From the NCBI GenBank assembly GCA_947569365.1, contig CANOSM010000006.1, positions 11,296-75,295 of the forward strand: a DNA stretch of 64,000 nt. Reading direction: 5' to 3'. The translations under genes were made by a program, and so were the position numbers. How positions within the stretch are numbered: position 1 is the first letter of the stretch; every line of letters starts with the position of its first letter. The stretch comes from an uncultured Clostridium sp. (GTDB lineage: Bacteria > Bacillota > Clostridia > TANB77 > CAG-508). Below are positions 28,457-39,305 of the stretch, one piece after another. The notes under the pieces were generated by a model. It was not told the origin of the DNA. It ran no database searches and saw only the letters and a program-made list of their open reading frames with translations.

Positions 28457-31400
28457 TTATTTTTCTTCATCTTTTGTCTTTACTTCTTCAGCTTTAAAAT
28501 TTAGTCTTCTACTAAAGTATATTATTGCTAAAATATATACAAGTGCTATTATGGCTACTGCTGGAATCTTTTCAGTACCTGTTCCAACTGATACTATTAC
28601 TTCAATTTGATCACTATTATTATTTAAGTTTACTTCTTCAGCTTCAATATTATTCTCTGTTGATTCTATAGTTGTCTTGCTTACACGTGATCCCATTTTT
28701 GTAGTTCCAGTTTTCCAGTGTAATTTTATAATATATATTCTTGTCTCTCCTGGAAGAATTTCTTCTGTTTTTATTCTTGCTTCATTATTCTTTATACTCC
28801 ATCCAGGATTATCTTTTTCATACATTACAAATCCATTTGATATTTTTTCAAGTATATTTGCTTTTCCTTTAACTTCTCCAATATTTCTTACACGTATTGA
28901 ATACTCTATTTCAGCAGTTGATTTATTACTATTCTTCTTGCTTAATTCTGCTTTTATTGTTTTATCACTTGATACTTTTTTATGTTTTCCATCTATTACT
29001 AGTGATTTTACACTCTTCTCTAAGCTTATATCAAAGTTTAGTTTTCTATAATAATATACTACATTAACATCTCCTGCCATTATTCCTGTTGCATTGCTTG
29101 GTAATTCAATCAATTTCATATTCTTTATTTCTTTTGCTGCTGTTATATATTCCTCACCTTCGTATCCCGCCTGAATAATCTGTTCAGCAACTTCTTTATT
29201 TGTTGCTTTCTCAACAAATCTTACTGTTACTTTTGCTACTCTTGAATAATAGAATTTTATTACCTTTGTTTCACCAGGATCAAATACTCCCTCAAGATCT
29301 CCTTCTGACTCTAAGAAATCATAATTTTCAAAACTTCTTGGTTTTAATGAATATTTCTGAGCTTCAACACCATCTATTGTTTCAGTTTTAATTATATCTC
29401 CTGTATATTTATTTATACATTGTACAATTATTTGAGCATTTTTTACATAATAGTAATTTACTTCTATTACTTCCACTTTCATCTTTCCAGATTTATTTTC
29501 TGGATATTTGTCTTTAACTAATTGATATCCTGGGAATTCTTTTTCTGATGTTGTATATTCATCTCCCTCATATCCTTCATGTCTTGTTTCTGCTAATACT
29601 TTTCCACTTACCATATCAATATGTCTTTCAATTACACCACCAGAAATATGCATGTAATAGAATTGTACTAAGATTTCTGTTTTATAACTTCCATCACTAT
29701 TTACGATTATTTCCATTTCTCCTTCATCATTTTCTGGTCTCTTAACTAAATCATATCCTTCAAATTCCTTTGCTTCAGCAACATAGTGGTCTTTTTCATG
29801 TCCTTCTATAATTACATCTGCTATAATTTTCTTGTCATGAAGCTTATCTATATATTGTACTCTTACAGTAGTTCTTCTCTTGTAATAATATTTTACTTCT
29901 ATAAAGTCAACAGTGAATCTTCCTTCTTTATTAGTTGGATATTTTTCTTTATTTAAATCATATCCTTCAAATTTTCTCTCGTCAGTTACATATATGTCTC
30001 CTTCTTTTCCTTCATGTATTTCTTCATATAAGATTTCTCCTGTTATTTCATCAATATGTTTCTCAATTACACCTTCTGAGATATGTGAATAATAATATCT
30101 TACTATTATTTCTTCTTTTGTCATTGTTACTCTCTTAGCTCCTGGTGATTCTACTAAAACATATCCTGGAATTTCTCTAGCAACAGTCTCATATACATCT
30201 CCTTCAAGACCTTCTTTTACAGTTGTTCTTAGAACTTCTCCAGTTTCTTTATCTATATATTGAACTGTTACTTTCGTATTATATTTATAATAATATATTA
30301 CTTCTATTGTTCCTCTTGTCATATATCCTGATGTATTTTTTGTATTTTCTACATATGTGTAGTTTGCTATATTTCTTATATCTGTTGTATATTCTTTTCC
30401 TTCATATCCTTCAATTATTTCTGTATCTTTTATTTCTTCACCCGTTATTTGATCAACATATCTTACCTTAACTTGTGAATTCTTAGCATAGTAGTATATT
30501 CTTTCTTGTCCCTTCTCTGTATATATTCCTGTTTTATTAAATGGTTCTTCAATTAATGTATATCCAGAAATATCTTTTTTGTCACCAGTTACATCAAATG
30601 GATCTCCCACTTTTCCTGTTTTTATTACAATTTCGCTAATCTGTTCATTATTAGCTTTGTCAATGTATTTAACTTTTACTTGCCCATTTACATTAATTTC
30701 TGATGTACAATCAGCTATACTTTCTGATACTATATCTTGTGCTGGTAAATATAATCCAACTTTTGCATTATTTATCATTCTATCTTTTAGTAAATCTACA
30801 TCTTTATATAATAATGATATTTTCTTTACTATTTTAACTTTTTCAGGAACATTTACTCCTGTTTCAAATGTATTTATATTTCCTAAGTCTAAATCCCATA
30901 CTATGGTATTATCTGCTCTTGAATATGTTCCTCCATCTAATGTTGATTCTTTTTCAATTATTGGATATGGTAATTTATCTTCTAAGTATACACCTGCTTT
31001 TCCAATATAATTACTTATCATTGCTTCATATGTTAATGTATAAGTTACTTTATCTTTTGATGTTGTAAGTTCATCACTACTTACTTTAGTTAAAGTAGGT
31101 TCTAATACTTCTGTCCTTCTTAATTCATAGTAAACCTTTATTATAGTTCCACTTTCAACTGTATCTGGAACTGTTCCTGTACTTATTTTCTTATAGTCAT
31201 ATCCTTTATATTTGTTTGTTATATTTATTTTTTCTTTCTTTACGTCTATTATATCAGGTTGTAATATTTGAACTTCTTGTTCTACAATTTCAGTATCATT
31301 CTTTTGTTCTATTCCATCTTTATAATATTTTACTGTATAATTTAATGTTTTTGTATTATCTGGATCTATAATATAATATACCTTCATTATATTATCTTCT

Positions 31401-34400
31401 GCTTTTTCAGTTATCCTCATTGGAAAGTTATCTACTGTTTCTAGTTTATATCCATGTATGTTTTTATCTTCATAGAATTCTACTAGTTCTCCATATGTTA
31501 GTGTATCTGTTTCTGTCTTTTCATCATTCTTTAAACCATCATAATAATATTCTATAGTATATTCAAATTTGTCTCTTACATAATATATTCTTATTACATT
31601 TTCTTCTTCTTTTTCACTTAGTGTAAGTGGGAAATTTGATGTTCTTTGTAGTTTGTATCCTGCTATGTTTTTATCTGGATATTCCTTAATTTCATCATCA
31701 TATACTCCACCAACTACAAATTCTGTTTTCGTGTCATCTCTTTTTCCATCATAATAATATTCTATTATATAATCAAAATCAGCTTTTACATAATAAATTT
31801 TAATTACATTCTTTTCTTCATTTTCTGTTATTGTTAATGGTAAGTTTTGTGTTGTATCTAGTCTATATCCTGTATTTGCTTTTGATAAATATGTTCTTAT
31901 TTTGTTTCCATATATAGATTCTGCATATTCTGTAGCTGTATCATCTTTAACTCCATCATAATAATATTCTACAGTATATTCAAATTGATCTTTTACATAG
32001 AATATTTTTATTATATTATCTGAAATTACATGTGATATTGTTAATGGTACTTTTGATGTTTTCTGTAATGTATATCCTGGTATATTCTTATCTTCATATT
32101 TAGTAATTATATCTTTAAATGTTGCTGTAAATGTATCTGTTTTACTGTTATCTTTAACTCCATCATAGTAATATTCTACCGTATAATCAAATTGATCTTT
32201 TACATAATAAATCTTTATTACATTTTCTAATGGATTATCTCCTACTCTTAATGGAATATTTGGCATATTGTCTTTATCTAGAGTATATCCTTCTATATTC
32301 TTATCTTTATATGTTTGAATTAAAGTTCCAAATGGTACATTAAATACATCTGTATCTGGATCACTTATTTTTCCATCATAATAGTATTCTACTCTGTAGC
32401 TGTATTTTGTTAGTTCATAATAGTAAATTACATATATTGTATCTCTTCCCATGTATCCAGCTACATTATCTGTTGATTCTACAAATGTGTAATGTTCTAT
32501 TTCTTTCTTTACTGTTTCATACTCTAATCCTTGGTATCCTGGTATTGTCTCTGATGTTGCAATTTCTTTTCCTGTTGATTTTTCAAGATATGTTACACGA
32601 ACTTTGGTATTTTTAGCATAATAATATGTCTTTTCTTGTTTTTCTTCTGTATATTCGCCTTTCTTTATTTCAGGCTCTTCAATTAGCGTATAATCTTCAA
32701 TATCTTTCTTGTCTCCACTTACATCATAAGGTATACCTATCTTTCCTATTTTTATAGTTGGTTCTGCTATTTCTTCATCTGTATATTTGTCAATATATCT
32801 TACTGTTACTTGTCCATCTACATTTATTTGTGTTGTTGCATCTGCAGTTGCTTCTGCTATTTCATTATCTGCTGGTAAGAATAAACCTACTTTTGCATTA
32901 TTTGTCATTGTATATTTTTCTAAATCTGCATCTAAGAATTGTACTGTTATATTTTTCTCTACTAATACTCTCTTAGAAACATTATTTCCACCTTCATCAT
33001 ATGTATGAATATGTTCTAAATCAATCTCCCACACGATTGAATTATCTGCTTTTGAATATGTACCACCATCTAACATTGCTGATGTTTCATCAATTGCATA
33101 TGGTAATCTATCTTCTAAATAAACACATCCTTCACCCATATAGTTGTCTACCATAGCTTCATATATTAATCTATATGACACTTTATCTTTTCTTTTACTT
33201 ATAGCAGTAGTTCCTGTTTTTACTAATTTACTACTTGAAATCTTAGTTTCATTTAATTCATAATATATTCTTATTACAGTTCCATCTTCTACTATATCTG
33301 GAAGTCTTTTTGGGTCTCCTGTTGCCATTGTTGATGAGAAGCATTTCTTATATGTATAACCAGTATATTTATTAACTAAATTTATTCTTTCTTTTCTTAC
33401 TGGTAATGTATCAGGTTGTAATACTTGTACAGTAAGTTTTTCTACTTGTGTATCTAATTCTTGTTTGCTTCCATTTTTGAAATATTCAACTGTATAACTT
33501 AATGTTTTTGTATCTTCTGGGTTTATAACATAATATATTTTCATTACATTTGTAGTAGTAGTATCTTCAGTGGTATTACTATCAACTATAGTCATTGGAT
33601 AATTTATTCGTGAATCCAATTTATACCCTTTTTTAATATTATTCGTATATTCTGATATTATATCGTTATATCTTGCTTTTCCGTATTCTGTTTTTGTATC
33701 ATCTAGAATACCATCATAATAGTATTGTATTTGATAATCAAAATATGCTCTTACATAAAATATACTTATTACATTATTTTCTACTTGATAATCTATTTTC
33801 ATACCAAGATTTCTTTCTTCTAATACTTCATACCCTGGATCTTGTTTATGTGGATATTCTTTTATTTCTTCTTCAAATGGTGCTCGTAGATATTCTGTTT
33901 TGCTACTATCTTTTTCTCCATCATAATAATATTCAACTTTATAGTCATATATACCTCTAGCATAATTTACTTTCATTATATTTTTATCAGGATCATCAGT
34001 TATCTTAAGAGAACTTGGTGTAACAGAAGGTTTTTCATCAAATCCATATTCTGGTTTGTTTTCAAACTCTTTTATTTCTGAATCATATACTGCCTTTTTA
34101 CAAACAGTTTTTTCTGGATCTTTACGACCATCATAATAATATTCTATTGTGTATTCAAAAGTATCTTTTACATAATATACATTTATTACATTATTAGACT
34201 CTACTTCAGTTATTGTTATTGGACTCTCTGATGTTGTTTTTAGCGTATATCCTTTTTTTACTTTATCTATGTATGCTATCTCTGTACCAAATTTGGCTTT
34301 TTGCTTTATTGTTTTTTCTGTATCTTGCTCTCCATCATAATAATAATTTATTGTATAATTAAATGTATCTTTTATATAATCTACTCTTATTATATTCTTT

Positions 34401-35638
34401 CCTTCATCATCTGTTATTGTTAAAGGATAGTTTGTTGGTGTATCATCTTTTAATCTATATCCTGTTTTCTTTTTATCTGTAAAATCGTTAATTTCACTAC
34501 CATAATCAGCATATATATACATTGTTTTATCTGATTCTAATACACCTTCATAATAGTATTCTACTTTATATCTATATTGATGTATTTTATAATAATATGT
34601 AACTATTATATCCTTATCTTCCATTATTGTTGAATTACTTGTTGATGATTGTCTAATTTGATCATAATGTGCTATAACTTCTGGGCTTGTCATATATGAT
34701 TTTCCCTCATATCCTTTTATATCTAATTGTGGTCTCAGTTCTTTTAAAGTAACATCCTCAAGATATCGTACATATACATGTGATGTTTTTGCATAAAGAA
34801 ATACTTTTACTTGATCTTCTACTGTATATCTACCTGTTTTTTGTACTGGTTCTTCAATACATGTATATCCAGGTAATGTTTTCTTACTAGATGATACATC
34901 AAAATTCGTTCCAATGTTTCCTTTTAATATTGTTGGATCTACTATTGATTGACCAGTATTTTTATCTCTAAATATTACTTCTACTTTTCCTTTAACATTT
35001 ACTGTTGAAGATGCACCATTTGTTGTAGATATTGTATTAATAATACCACCACTATCATTAACCAAATCTACCGTTGCTTTTCCACTAAAAGTTACTGTAC
35101 CAGGTGAATAATCATCAAAATATAATGTTAAACTTTCTGTACCTGGCCAAGGAATTGCCATTTTATTCAGATCTCCAGCAGCATTTGTTGTATCTACATA
35201 CTGTACTGGATATGACCAAGTTAATTTTTTTGAAGCTGGATTATATGTAGCACCACCTAAATTACTTAATGTTTCATTTATTGGACGGCTTACTGTGACT
35301 TCAACTGTAACTCTCACATTTCCTGTATAATTCTGAATTGTACCTGCACCTTTTACTTCATACTGTGCACCTGGTACTGTACCTGTCCCTGTTTCTGTTA
35401 TCGTTCCTGTTATCGCATTTACTTGAAAGTTAGTAATGTTTACTGTACCAGATGACGCAGCAAACATTGCTTCACCTAATGCTTGTGTTTTAGATGTGTC
35501 TGTTCTGTTTTTCTTAGCTATTACCATTTGTTGATTACTTTTAAAAACATAAATTCCCGTCAATATTAATAATACTAATGAGAATATTATTGATATAGCC
35601 AGAAACATTCCTTTCTTTAAAATTTTCTTCTCTTGCAT
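28457..35638 (-). CDS. giant (2393 aa) repeat-rich surface protein / putative adhesin with MucBP-like repeats and C-terminal TM anchor
   Basis: AGGAGG RBS. N-terminal signal/anchor helix. Many MucBP-like ~70-aa units (V.VRYID..TGEEI....I.G.EG..Y......I..Y.LVE......G........V.YYY). About 12 copies of a ~67-aa YYYDG unit. C-terminal DUF11/CARDB-like module and a TM helix (IPAVAIIALVYILAIIYF) with a basic tail. No LPXTG motif. Confidence 0.85.
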   Translation of the reverse strand: MQEKKILKKGMFLAISIIFSLVLLILTGIYVFKSNQQMVIAKKNRTDTSKTQALGEAMFAASSGTVNITNFQVNAITGTITETGTGTVPGAQYEVKGAGTIQNYTGNVRVTVEVTVSRPINETLSNLGGATYNPASKKLTWSYPVQYVDTTNAAGDLNKMAIPWPGTESLTLYFDDYSPGTVTFSGKATVDLVNDSGGIINTISTTNGASSTVNVKGKVEVIFRDKNTGQSIVDPTILKGNIGTNFDVSSSKKTLPGYTCIEEPVQKTGRYTVEDQVKVFLYAKTSHVYVRYLEDVTLKELRPQLDIKGYEGKSYMTSPEVIAHYDQIRQSSTSNSTIMEDKDIIVTYYYKIHQYRYKVEYYYEGVLESDKTMYIYADYGSEINDFTDKKKTGYRLKDDTPTNYPLTITDDEGKNIIRVDYIKDTFNYTINYYYDGEQDTEKTIKQKAKFGTEIAYIDKVKKGYTLKTTSESPITITEVESNNVINVYYVKDTFEYTIEYYYDGRKDPEKTVCKKAVYDSEIKEFENKPEYGFDEKPSVTPSSLKITDDPDKNIMKVNYARGIYDYKVEYYYDGEKDSSKTEYLRAPFEEEIKEYPHKQDPGYEVLEERNLGMKIDYQVENNVISIFYVRAYFDYQIQYYYDGILDDTKTEYGKARYNDIISEYTNNIKKGYKLDSRINYPMTIVDSNTTEDTTTTNVMKIYYVINPEDTKTLSYTVEYFKNGSKQELDTQVEKLTVQVLQPDTLPVRKERINLVNKYTGYTYKKCFSSTMATGDPKRLPDIVEDGTVIRIYYELNETKISSSKLVKTGTTAISKRKDKVSYRLIYEAMVDNYMGEGCVYLEDRLPYAIDETSAMLDGGTYSKADNSIVWEIDLEHIHTYDEGGNNVSKRVLVEKNITVQFLDADLEKYTMTNNAKVGLFLPADNEIAEATADATTQINVDGQVTVRYIDKYTDEEIAEPTIKIGKIGIPYDVSGDKKDIEDYTLIEEPEIKKGEYTEEKQEKTYYYAKNTKVRVTYLEKSTGKEIATSETIPGYQGLEYETVKKEIEHYTFVESTDNVAGYMGRDTIYVIYYYELTKYSYRVEYYYDGKISDPDTDVFNVPFGTLIQTYKDKNIEGYTLDKDNMPNIPLRVGDNPLENVIKIYYVKDQFDYTVEYYYDGVKDNSKTDTFTATFKDIITKYEDKNIPGYTLQKTSKVPLTISHVISDNIIKIFYVKDQFEYTVEYYYDGVKDDTATEYAESIYGNKIRTYLSKANTGYRLDTTQNLPLTITENEEKNVIKIYYVKADFDYIIEYYYDGKRDDTKTEFVVGGVYDDEIKEYPDKNIAGYKLQRTSNFPLTLSEKEEENVIRIYYVRDKFEYTIEYYYDGLKNDEKTETDTLTYGELVEFYEDKNIHGYKLETVDNFPMRITEKAEDNIMKVYYIIDPDNTKTLNYTVKYYKDGIEQKNDTEIVEQEVQILQPDIIDVKKEKINITNKYKGYDYKKISTGTVPDTVESGTIIKVYYELRRTEVLEPTLTKVSSDELTTSKDKVTYTLTYEAMISNYIGKAGVYLEDKLPYPIIEKESTLDGGTYSRADNTIVWDLDLGNINTFETGVNVPEKVKIVKKISLLYKDVDLLKDRMINNAKVGLYLPAQDIVSESIADCTSEINVNGQVKVKYIDKANNEQISEIVIKTGKVGDPFDVTGDKKDISGYTLIEEPFNKTGIYTEKGQERIYYYAKNSQVKVRYVDQITGEEIKDTEIIEGYEGKEYTTDIRNIANYTYVENTKNTSGYMTRGTIEVIYYYKYNTKVTVQYIDKETGEVLRTTVKEGLEGDVYETVAREIPGYVLVESPGAKRVTMTKEEIIVRYYYSHISEGVIEKHIDEITGEILYEEIHEGKEGDIYVTDERKFEGYDLNKEKYPTNKEGRFTVDFIEVKYYYKRRTTVRVQYIDKLHDKKIIADVIIEGHEKDHYVAEAKEFEGYDLVKRPENDEGEMEIIVNSDGSYKTEILVQFYYMHISGGVIERHIDMVSGKVLAETRHEGYEGDEYTTSEKEFPGYQLVKDKYPENKSGKMKVEVIEVNYYYVKNAQIIVQCINKYTGDIIKTETIDGVEAQKYSLKPRSFENYDFLESEGDLEGVFDPGETKVIKFYYSRVAKVTVRFVEKATNKEVAEQIIQAGYEGEEYITAAKEIKNMKLIELPSNATGIMAGDVNVVYYYRKLNFDISLEKSVKSLVIDGKHKKVSSDKTIKAELSKKNSNKSTAEIEYSIRVRNIGEVKGKANILEKISNGFVMYEKDNPGWSIKNNEARIKTEEILPGETRIYIIKLHWKTGTTKMGSRVSKTTIESTENNIEAEEVNLNNNSDQIEVIVSVGTGTEKIPAVAIIALVYILAIIYFSRRLNFKAEEVKTKDEEK

Positions 35639-36107
35639 TTAAAAATCCTCCTAAATATTCTGAAAGTTAAGATCCCTTTATTATTAACTTTCTAAAATTC
35701 GAAAAATTAAAATTTTATCTCTTATTTCCTTGCAAACTGCTTGCAAAGCAATTTCGAAATAATCAATTTAATTTCTATATATTTATAATAAGATTTTTCT
35801 TCTAATAGTCAAATTAAGTTTTTTACTTTTTTCTAAGCTATATTCTAAATATCGTTGTCTCTGTAGCATTATACGCTTTTTTTACTTTTTTTTTATTTTT
35901 TTATTACTATTTTTTTTCGATTTTGCTATTTTTCTTCTTTTCCTTTAGGGATGAGTATTCTAGGACATTCAAATTTTTTTTACTTTATCTTTCATCTAAT
36001 TTTATTTGCACTATAATAAGTATCCTATCCTTTATTTTTCGCACTTTTCCTTGTTTCCGTTATGTTTGGTTAGAAATGCTATAGAAAATTCATCTAAAAC
36101 GTAAAAA

Positions 36108-36148
36108 CAAAAAGAATGTTTCATAAACAATATAAAACATTCTTTTTT
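36108..36148. terminator. hairpin terminator downstream of ypeB
   Basis: AAAAGAATGTT-n15-AACATTCTTTTTT. Confidence 0.6.
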
Positions 36149-36166
36149 AAAGTTACTTTTATTAAA

Positions 36167-37552
36167 TTACATTGTTAATATTCCACCTTCTGTCTCTATT
36201 ATTACTAGTATTTCTTCCTCTTCTCCTGTTTCAGCATTTATATAAACTAAAAACTCTGTTTCATTAACTTTTCCTTTAAATTCATAACACAAAACTTCAG
36301 TTTTCCATTCTGTAGGTATTATCGCCAATCCTTCACTTTGAATATTTAACTTTTTATTTAACTTTTTCTTTGCATCTTCCTTACTAACTTTTGCTTTTAT
36401 ATTATCTCTTTTATTATGACAATTTAAATATCCTTTACTTTCTATACCTAGTATTTCCCCATCATATAATGACATTTTCACCTTTATTAAATCTGGATAT
36501 ATAACAACATTATTCTGACTATATGCATAATTAACTGTAATTGTATTTGCATCTAATTGATAGTATGTTTCTTTCATATTATCAAAACCTATTTTTGCAA
36601 GGAACTCTTTTCCTATCCTATCAGCATCTTCTTTTTCTATATTTGTTTTTTCAATATCTTTCGGGTAGCTCATAAGTAGTACTTTTCCGCCTTTTTTAGT
36701 TATTGATATACTAGCTTTTACATCTGTATCATACATATCTACACTAAATTTATATACTGGAATATCTGCATCCTTAACTTCCTCTAAAAAATTAATCTTT
36801 TTTATTTTACTCTTCTCAAATACTTGTCTTACTTTCTTTTCTGCTTCTTCTTTTGAAATATCATCTCCATTTAATCCCTTTTTATTTCTTTTTTCAATGT
36901 GTTCTGAAAATGCACCATCATATATTAAACCAGAATATTCACTAAAGTTTTTGTCTATATCAACTAAAGTACTTAGTGATATATTATCAACTTCTTGAAT
37001 ATAGTCTCCATTTACACTTGTCTTTGTTATATCTTTCCATGAAATAACTCTATTTGATATATCATCTTCCATTTGTGATAAGCTATTTTTTAGATCTATT
37101 GAATAATCATGTAACATCTCTATATTATCTAAATCTTCTTGTGATAACTCTTGATGATTAATAGCTTTCTTTGAAAGTGAATAGCTATATTCACTTAATT
37201 GATTTAAAAACTTAGCTGTTTTTGTAAGTTCCCTTGTAGACAGTGGAACTTGTGATAAATACGCTACTGCTAAATCTGAATCCCTATATATCTCTGTTAA
37301 AGTTTCTATTCCATTTTTATTACTAGAAGATATTGTTGCCTTTGCTAGTAAATTTTCTATATTTTGCACATAATAAACTAATTCGCTAAATGCTTGATTA
37401 TAAGTATTTTCTTTATAATTTTGATTAGATCTTTCTTTATCATATGCATATTTTACTATACACCCCATAATAATTAATAATATTAATACAGTTCCAATAA
37501 AGATTCTATTTCTTTGCATATTTTTATTTTCATTTTTAATATTTTCCTTCAT
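36167..37552 (-). CDS. ypeB: germination protein YpeB-like (PepSY domains, N-terminal membrane anchor)
   Basis: N-terminal TM helix (IFIGTVLILLIIMGCIV), YpeB-type architecture and C-terminal PepSY-like repeats (...AKKKLNKKLNIQSEGLAIIP...YEFKG......VYINAETGEE). The probable start is ATG 37552. Confidence 0.65.
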   Translation of the reverse strand: MKENIKNENKNMQRNRIFIGTVLILLIIMGCIVKYAYDKERSNQNYKENTYNQAFSELVYYVQNIENLLAKATISSSNKNGIETLTEIYRDSDLAVAYLSQVPLSTRELTKTAKFLNQLSEYSYSLSKKAINHQELSQEDLDNIEMLHDYSIDLKNSLSQMEDDISNRVISWKDITKTSVNGDYIQEVDNISLSTLVDIDKNFSEYSGLIYDGAFSEHIEKRNKKGLNGDDISKEEAEKKVRQVFEKSKIKKINFLEEVKDADIPVYKFSVDMYDTDVKASISITKKGGKVLLMSYPKDIEKTNIEKEDADRIGKEFLAKIGFDNMKETYYQLDANTITVNYAYSQNNVVIYPDLIKVKMSLYDGEILGIESKGYLNCHNKRDNIKAKVSKEDAKKKLNKKLNIQSEGLAIIPTEWKTEVLCYEFKGKVNETEFLVYINAETGEEEEILVIIETEGGILTM

Positions 37553-37660
37553 AACAAATACCATCCTTTTATTCTATTTTTAGTTTTATTTTTAAAATTA
37601 TTCATTATTTTTATAAATTTATGTTATAATAAACATGTCATTTTAAAGAAAGGATTTATT

Positions 37661-38797
37661 ATGAAAAAAATATTAATTTTTTATGGTGCTTATGGAGGAG
37701 GTCATCTTTCTGCGGCCAAAGCAATTAAAGAATATATAGATACTAATTATAAAGATACTTGTGAAACTATGATGATTGATTGTATAGAATATATAAATAA
37801 ATATCTAAATAAAATTTCAACCACTGCATACAAGGAGATGGCAAAAAAAGCCCCTTGGATTTGGAAAAGAATATACACAAATTCTTCTAGTGGAACATTA
37901 TCAAAAATAACTACTGGTGCAAATTACATAATGTCAAAAAAATTAGATATTATTCTTCAAGAATATAAACCAGATTTAGTTATAAGTACACATCCTTTTT
38001 CAAACCAAATGTGTACTACTTTAAAGAAACAGTCTAAAATTACTTGTAAAATCGCTACAGTCCTTACGGATTTTGAGCCTCATTCACAATGGACTGTTGA
38101 TTCTGATTATATTGATTACTTCTTTGTTTCTAATCAAGAAATGAAAGAATCCTTATACCGAAATTATAATGTATCTGAGTCTAAAATATTCGTAACTGGT
38201 ATTCCTATATCAAATAAATTTAAACAACATTTCAATAAAGATGCTATTTATGAAGAATTTGATTTAGATAAAAATAAAGACGTTATTCTATTTTTTGCTG
38301 GAGGAGAATTTGGTCTTGGCAGAAAAAGAACTTCTATGATTTTTAGAGCATTAATAAGACTCTTTAAAAATACACAGGTAGTCGCAATATCTGGAAGAAA
38401 TAAAAGAATGTATAATAAATTTAGAAGTCTAATTGAAGTATATAATGCACAAGATAGAATAAAATTATACGAATTTACACCTAAAATCCCAGAAATTATG
38501 AGTATCTCAAAATTGGTTATAACAAAACCTGGAGGATTAACTACTAGTGAAAGTTTAGTATCAGGACTTCCTATAATAATTATTAATCCAATTCCTGGTC
38601 AGGAAGAAGAAAATGCAAATTTTTTAGAAAGAAATCATCTAGCTTTTTGGATTAAAAAGAATGATAATGGTACAAGAATATTAAAAGAATTATATAGACA
38701 TCCAGAAAAAATAGAAGAAGTTAAAAATAACATATATAAATTTGCAAAACCAAATTCAACAAAAGATATTTGTACAATATTAATATCAAATATTTAG
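37661..38797 (+). CDS. ugtP: MGDG-synthase/UgtP-family diacylglycerol glycosyltransferase (GT28)
   Basis: The true start is MKKILIFYGAYGGGHLSAAKAI, with GAAAGGA RBS at 37648-54. The track start at 37514 overlaps ypeB. C-terminal GT-B motif ITKPGGLTTSESLVSGLPIII. Confidence 0.75.
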   Translation: MKKILIFYGAYGGGHLSAAKAIKEYIDTNYKDTCETMMIDCIEYINKYLNKISTTAYKEMAKKAPWIWKRIYTNSSSGTLSKITTGANYIMSKKLDIILQEYKPDLVISTHPFSNQMCTTLKKQSKITCKIATVLTDFEPHSQWTVDSDYIDYFFVSNQEMKESLYRNYNVSESKIFVTGIPISNKFKQHFNKDAIYEEFDLDKNKDVILFFAGGEFGLGRKRTSMIFRALIRLFKNTQVVAISGRNKRMYNKFRSLIEVYNAQDRIKLYEFTPKIPEIMSISKLVITKPGGLTTSESLVSGLPIIIINPIPGQEEENANFLERNHLAFWIKKNDNGTRILKELYRHPEKIEEVKNNIYKFAKPNSTKDICTILISNI

Positions 38798-38818
38798 ATA
38801 TTAAGAAATGAGGTTTTT

Positions 38819-39232
38819 ATGAGAATAGTATTAGAACTATATAAGAAATATGAAGAGATAATTAACTACTTAGTATTTGGTGTACTTACTACTTTAGTCA
38901 GTATTTTATCATATGCAATATTTGCACAGTGTTTTAAAATTGAATATCATATATCAACAATACTTGCATGGATCTTATCTGTTTTATTTGCTTTCGTTAC
39001 AAATAAAATATTTGTTTTTAAATCAAACAAACAATCTTTGAAAGATTCATTAATAGAATGTATTAAATTTTTTGCATCAAGACTATTTACATTAGCTGTA
39101 GATTTACTATTAAAAACTTTCTTTGTTGAATTTTTGAATATTAATGATATGATTGCAACAATAATAAATCAATTTATTATTATTGTTTTAAATTATATCC
39201 TTAGTAAATTAATTGTTTTTAGAAATACATAA
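38819..39232 (+). CDS. gtrA: GtrA-family membrane protein
   Basis: 137 aa with four TM helices. YLVFGVLTTLVS...FVTNKIFVFKS pattern of GtrA-like proteins. Confidence 0.75.
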   Translation: MRIVLELYKKYEEIINYLVFGVLTTLVSILSYAIFAQCFKIEYHISTILAWILSVLFAFVTNKIFVFKSNKQSLKDSLIECIKFFASRLFTLAVDLLLKTFFVEFLNINDMIATIINQFIIIVLNYILSKLIVFRNT

Positions 39233-39261
39233 AAATTCTGCAAGATTTTCTTAGAAAACTA

Positions 39262-39305
39262 AAGGATATCCACAATAACTGAACATTATGTGGATATCTT
39301 TTTTA
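39262..39305. terminator. bidirectional terminator between gtrA and recR
   Basis: AAAGGATATCCACAATAA-ctgaac-ATTATGTGGATATCTTTTTT, an imperfect long hairpin. Confidence 0.65.

Noticed and set aside
28677-33960. Periodic DNA repeats and many short plus-strand ORFs inside 28.4-35.6 kb. I considered a CRISPR array or a satellite.
   Set aside because: The repeats are about 200-bp and 2.15-kb coding repeats of one continuous 2393-codon frame, with no short identical repeat and unique spacer organisation. The plus-strand ORFs are L/F/Y-rich shadows.
37514-37660. N-terminal 49-aa extension of the ugtP-like ORF given by the track.
   Set aside because: The extension overlaps the ypeB start region and has no RBS. 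The conserved glycosyltransferase N-terminus (MKKILIFYGAYGGGH) begins at 37661, just after a GAAAGGA RBS.
39262-39300. TATCCACA / TGTGGATA DnaA-box-like sequences. I considered an extra origin element.
   Set aside because: The two half-sites are simply the arms of the gtrA/recR terminator hairpin, 22 kb from oriC. There are no trio or DUE features.
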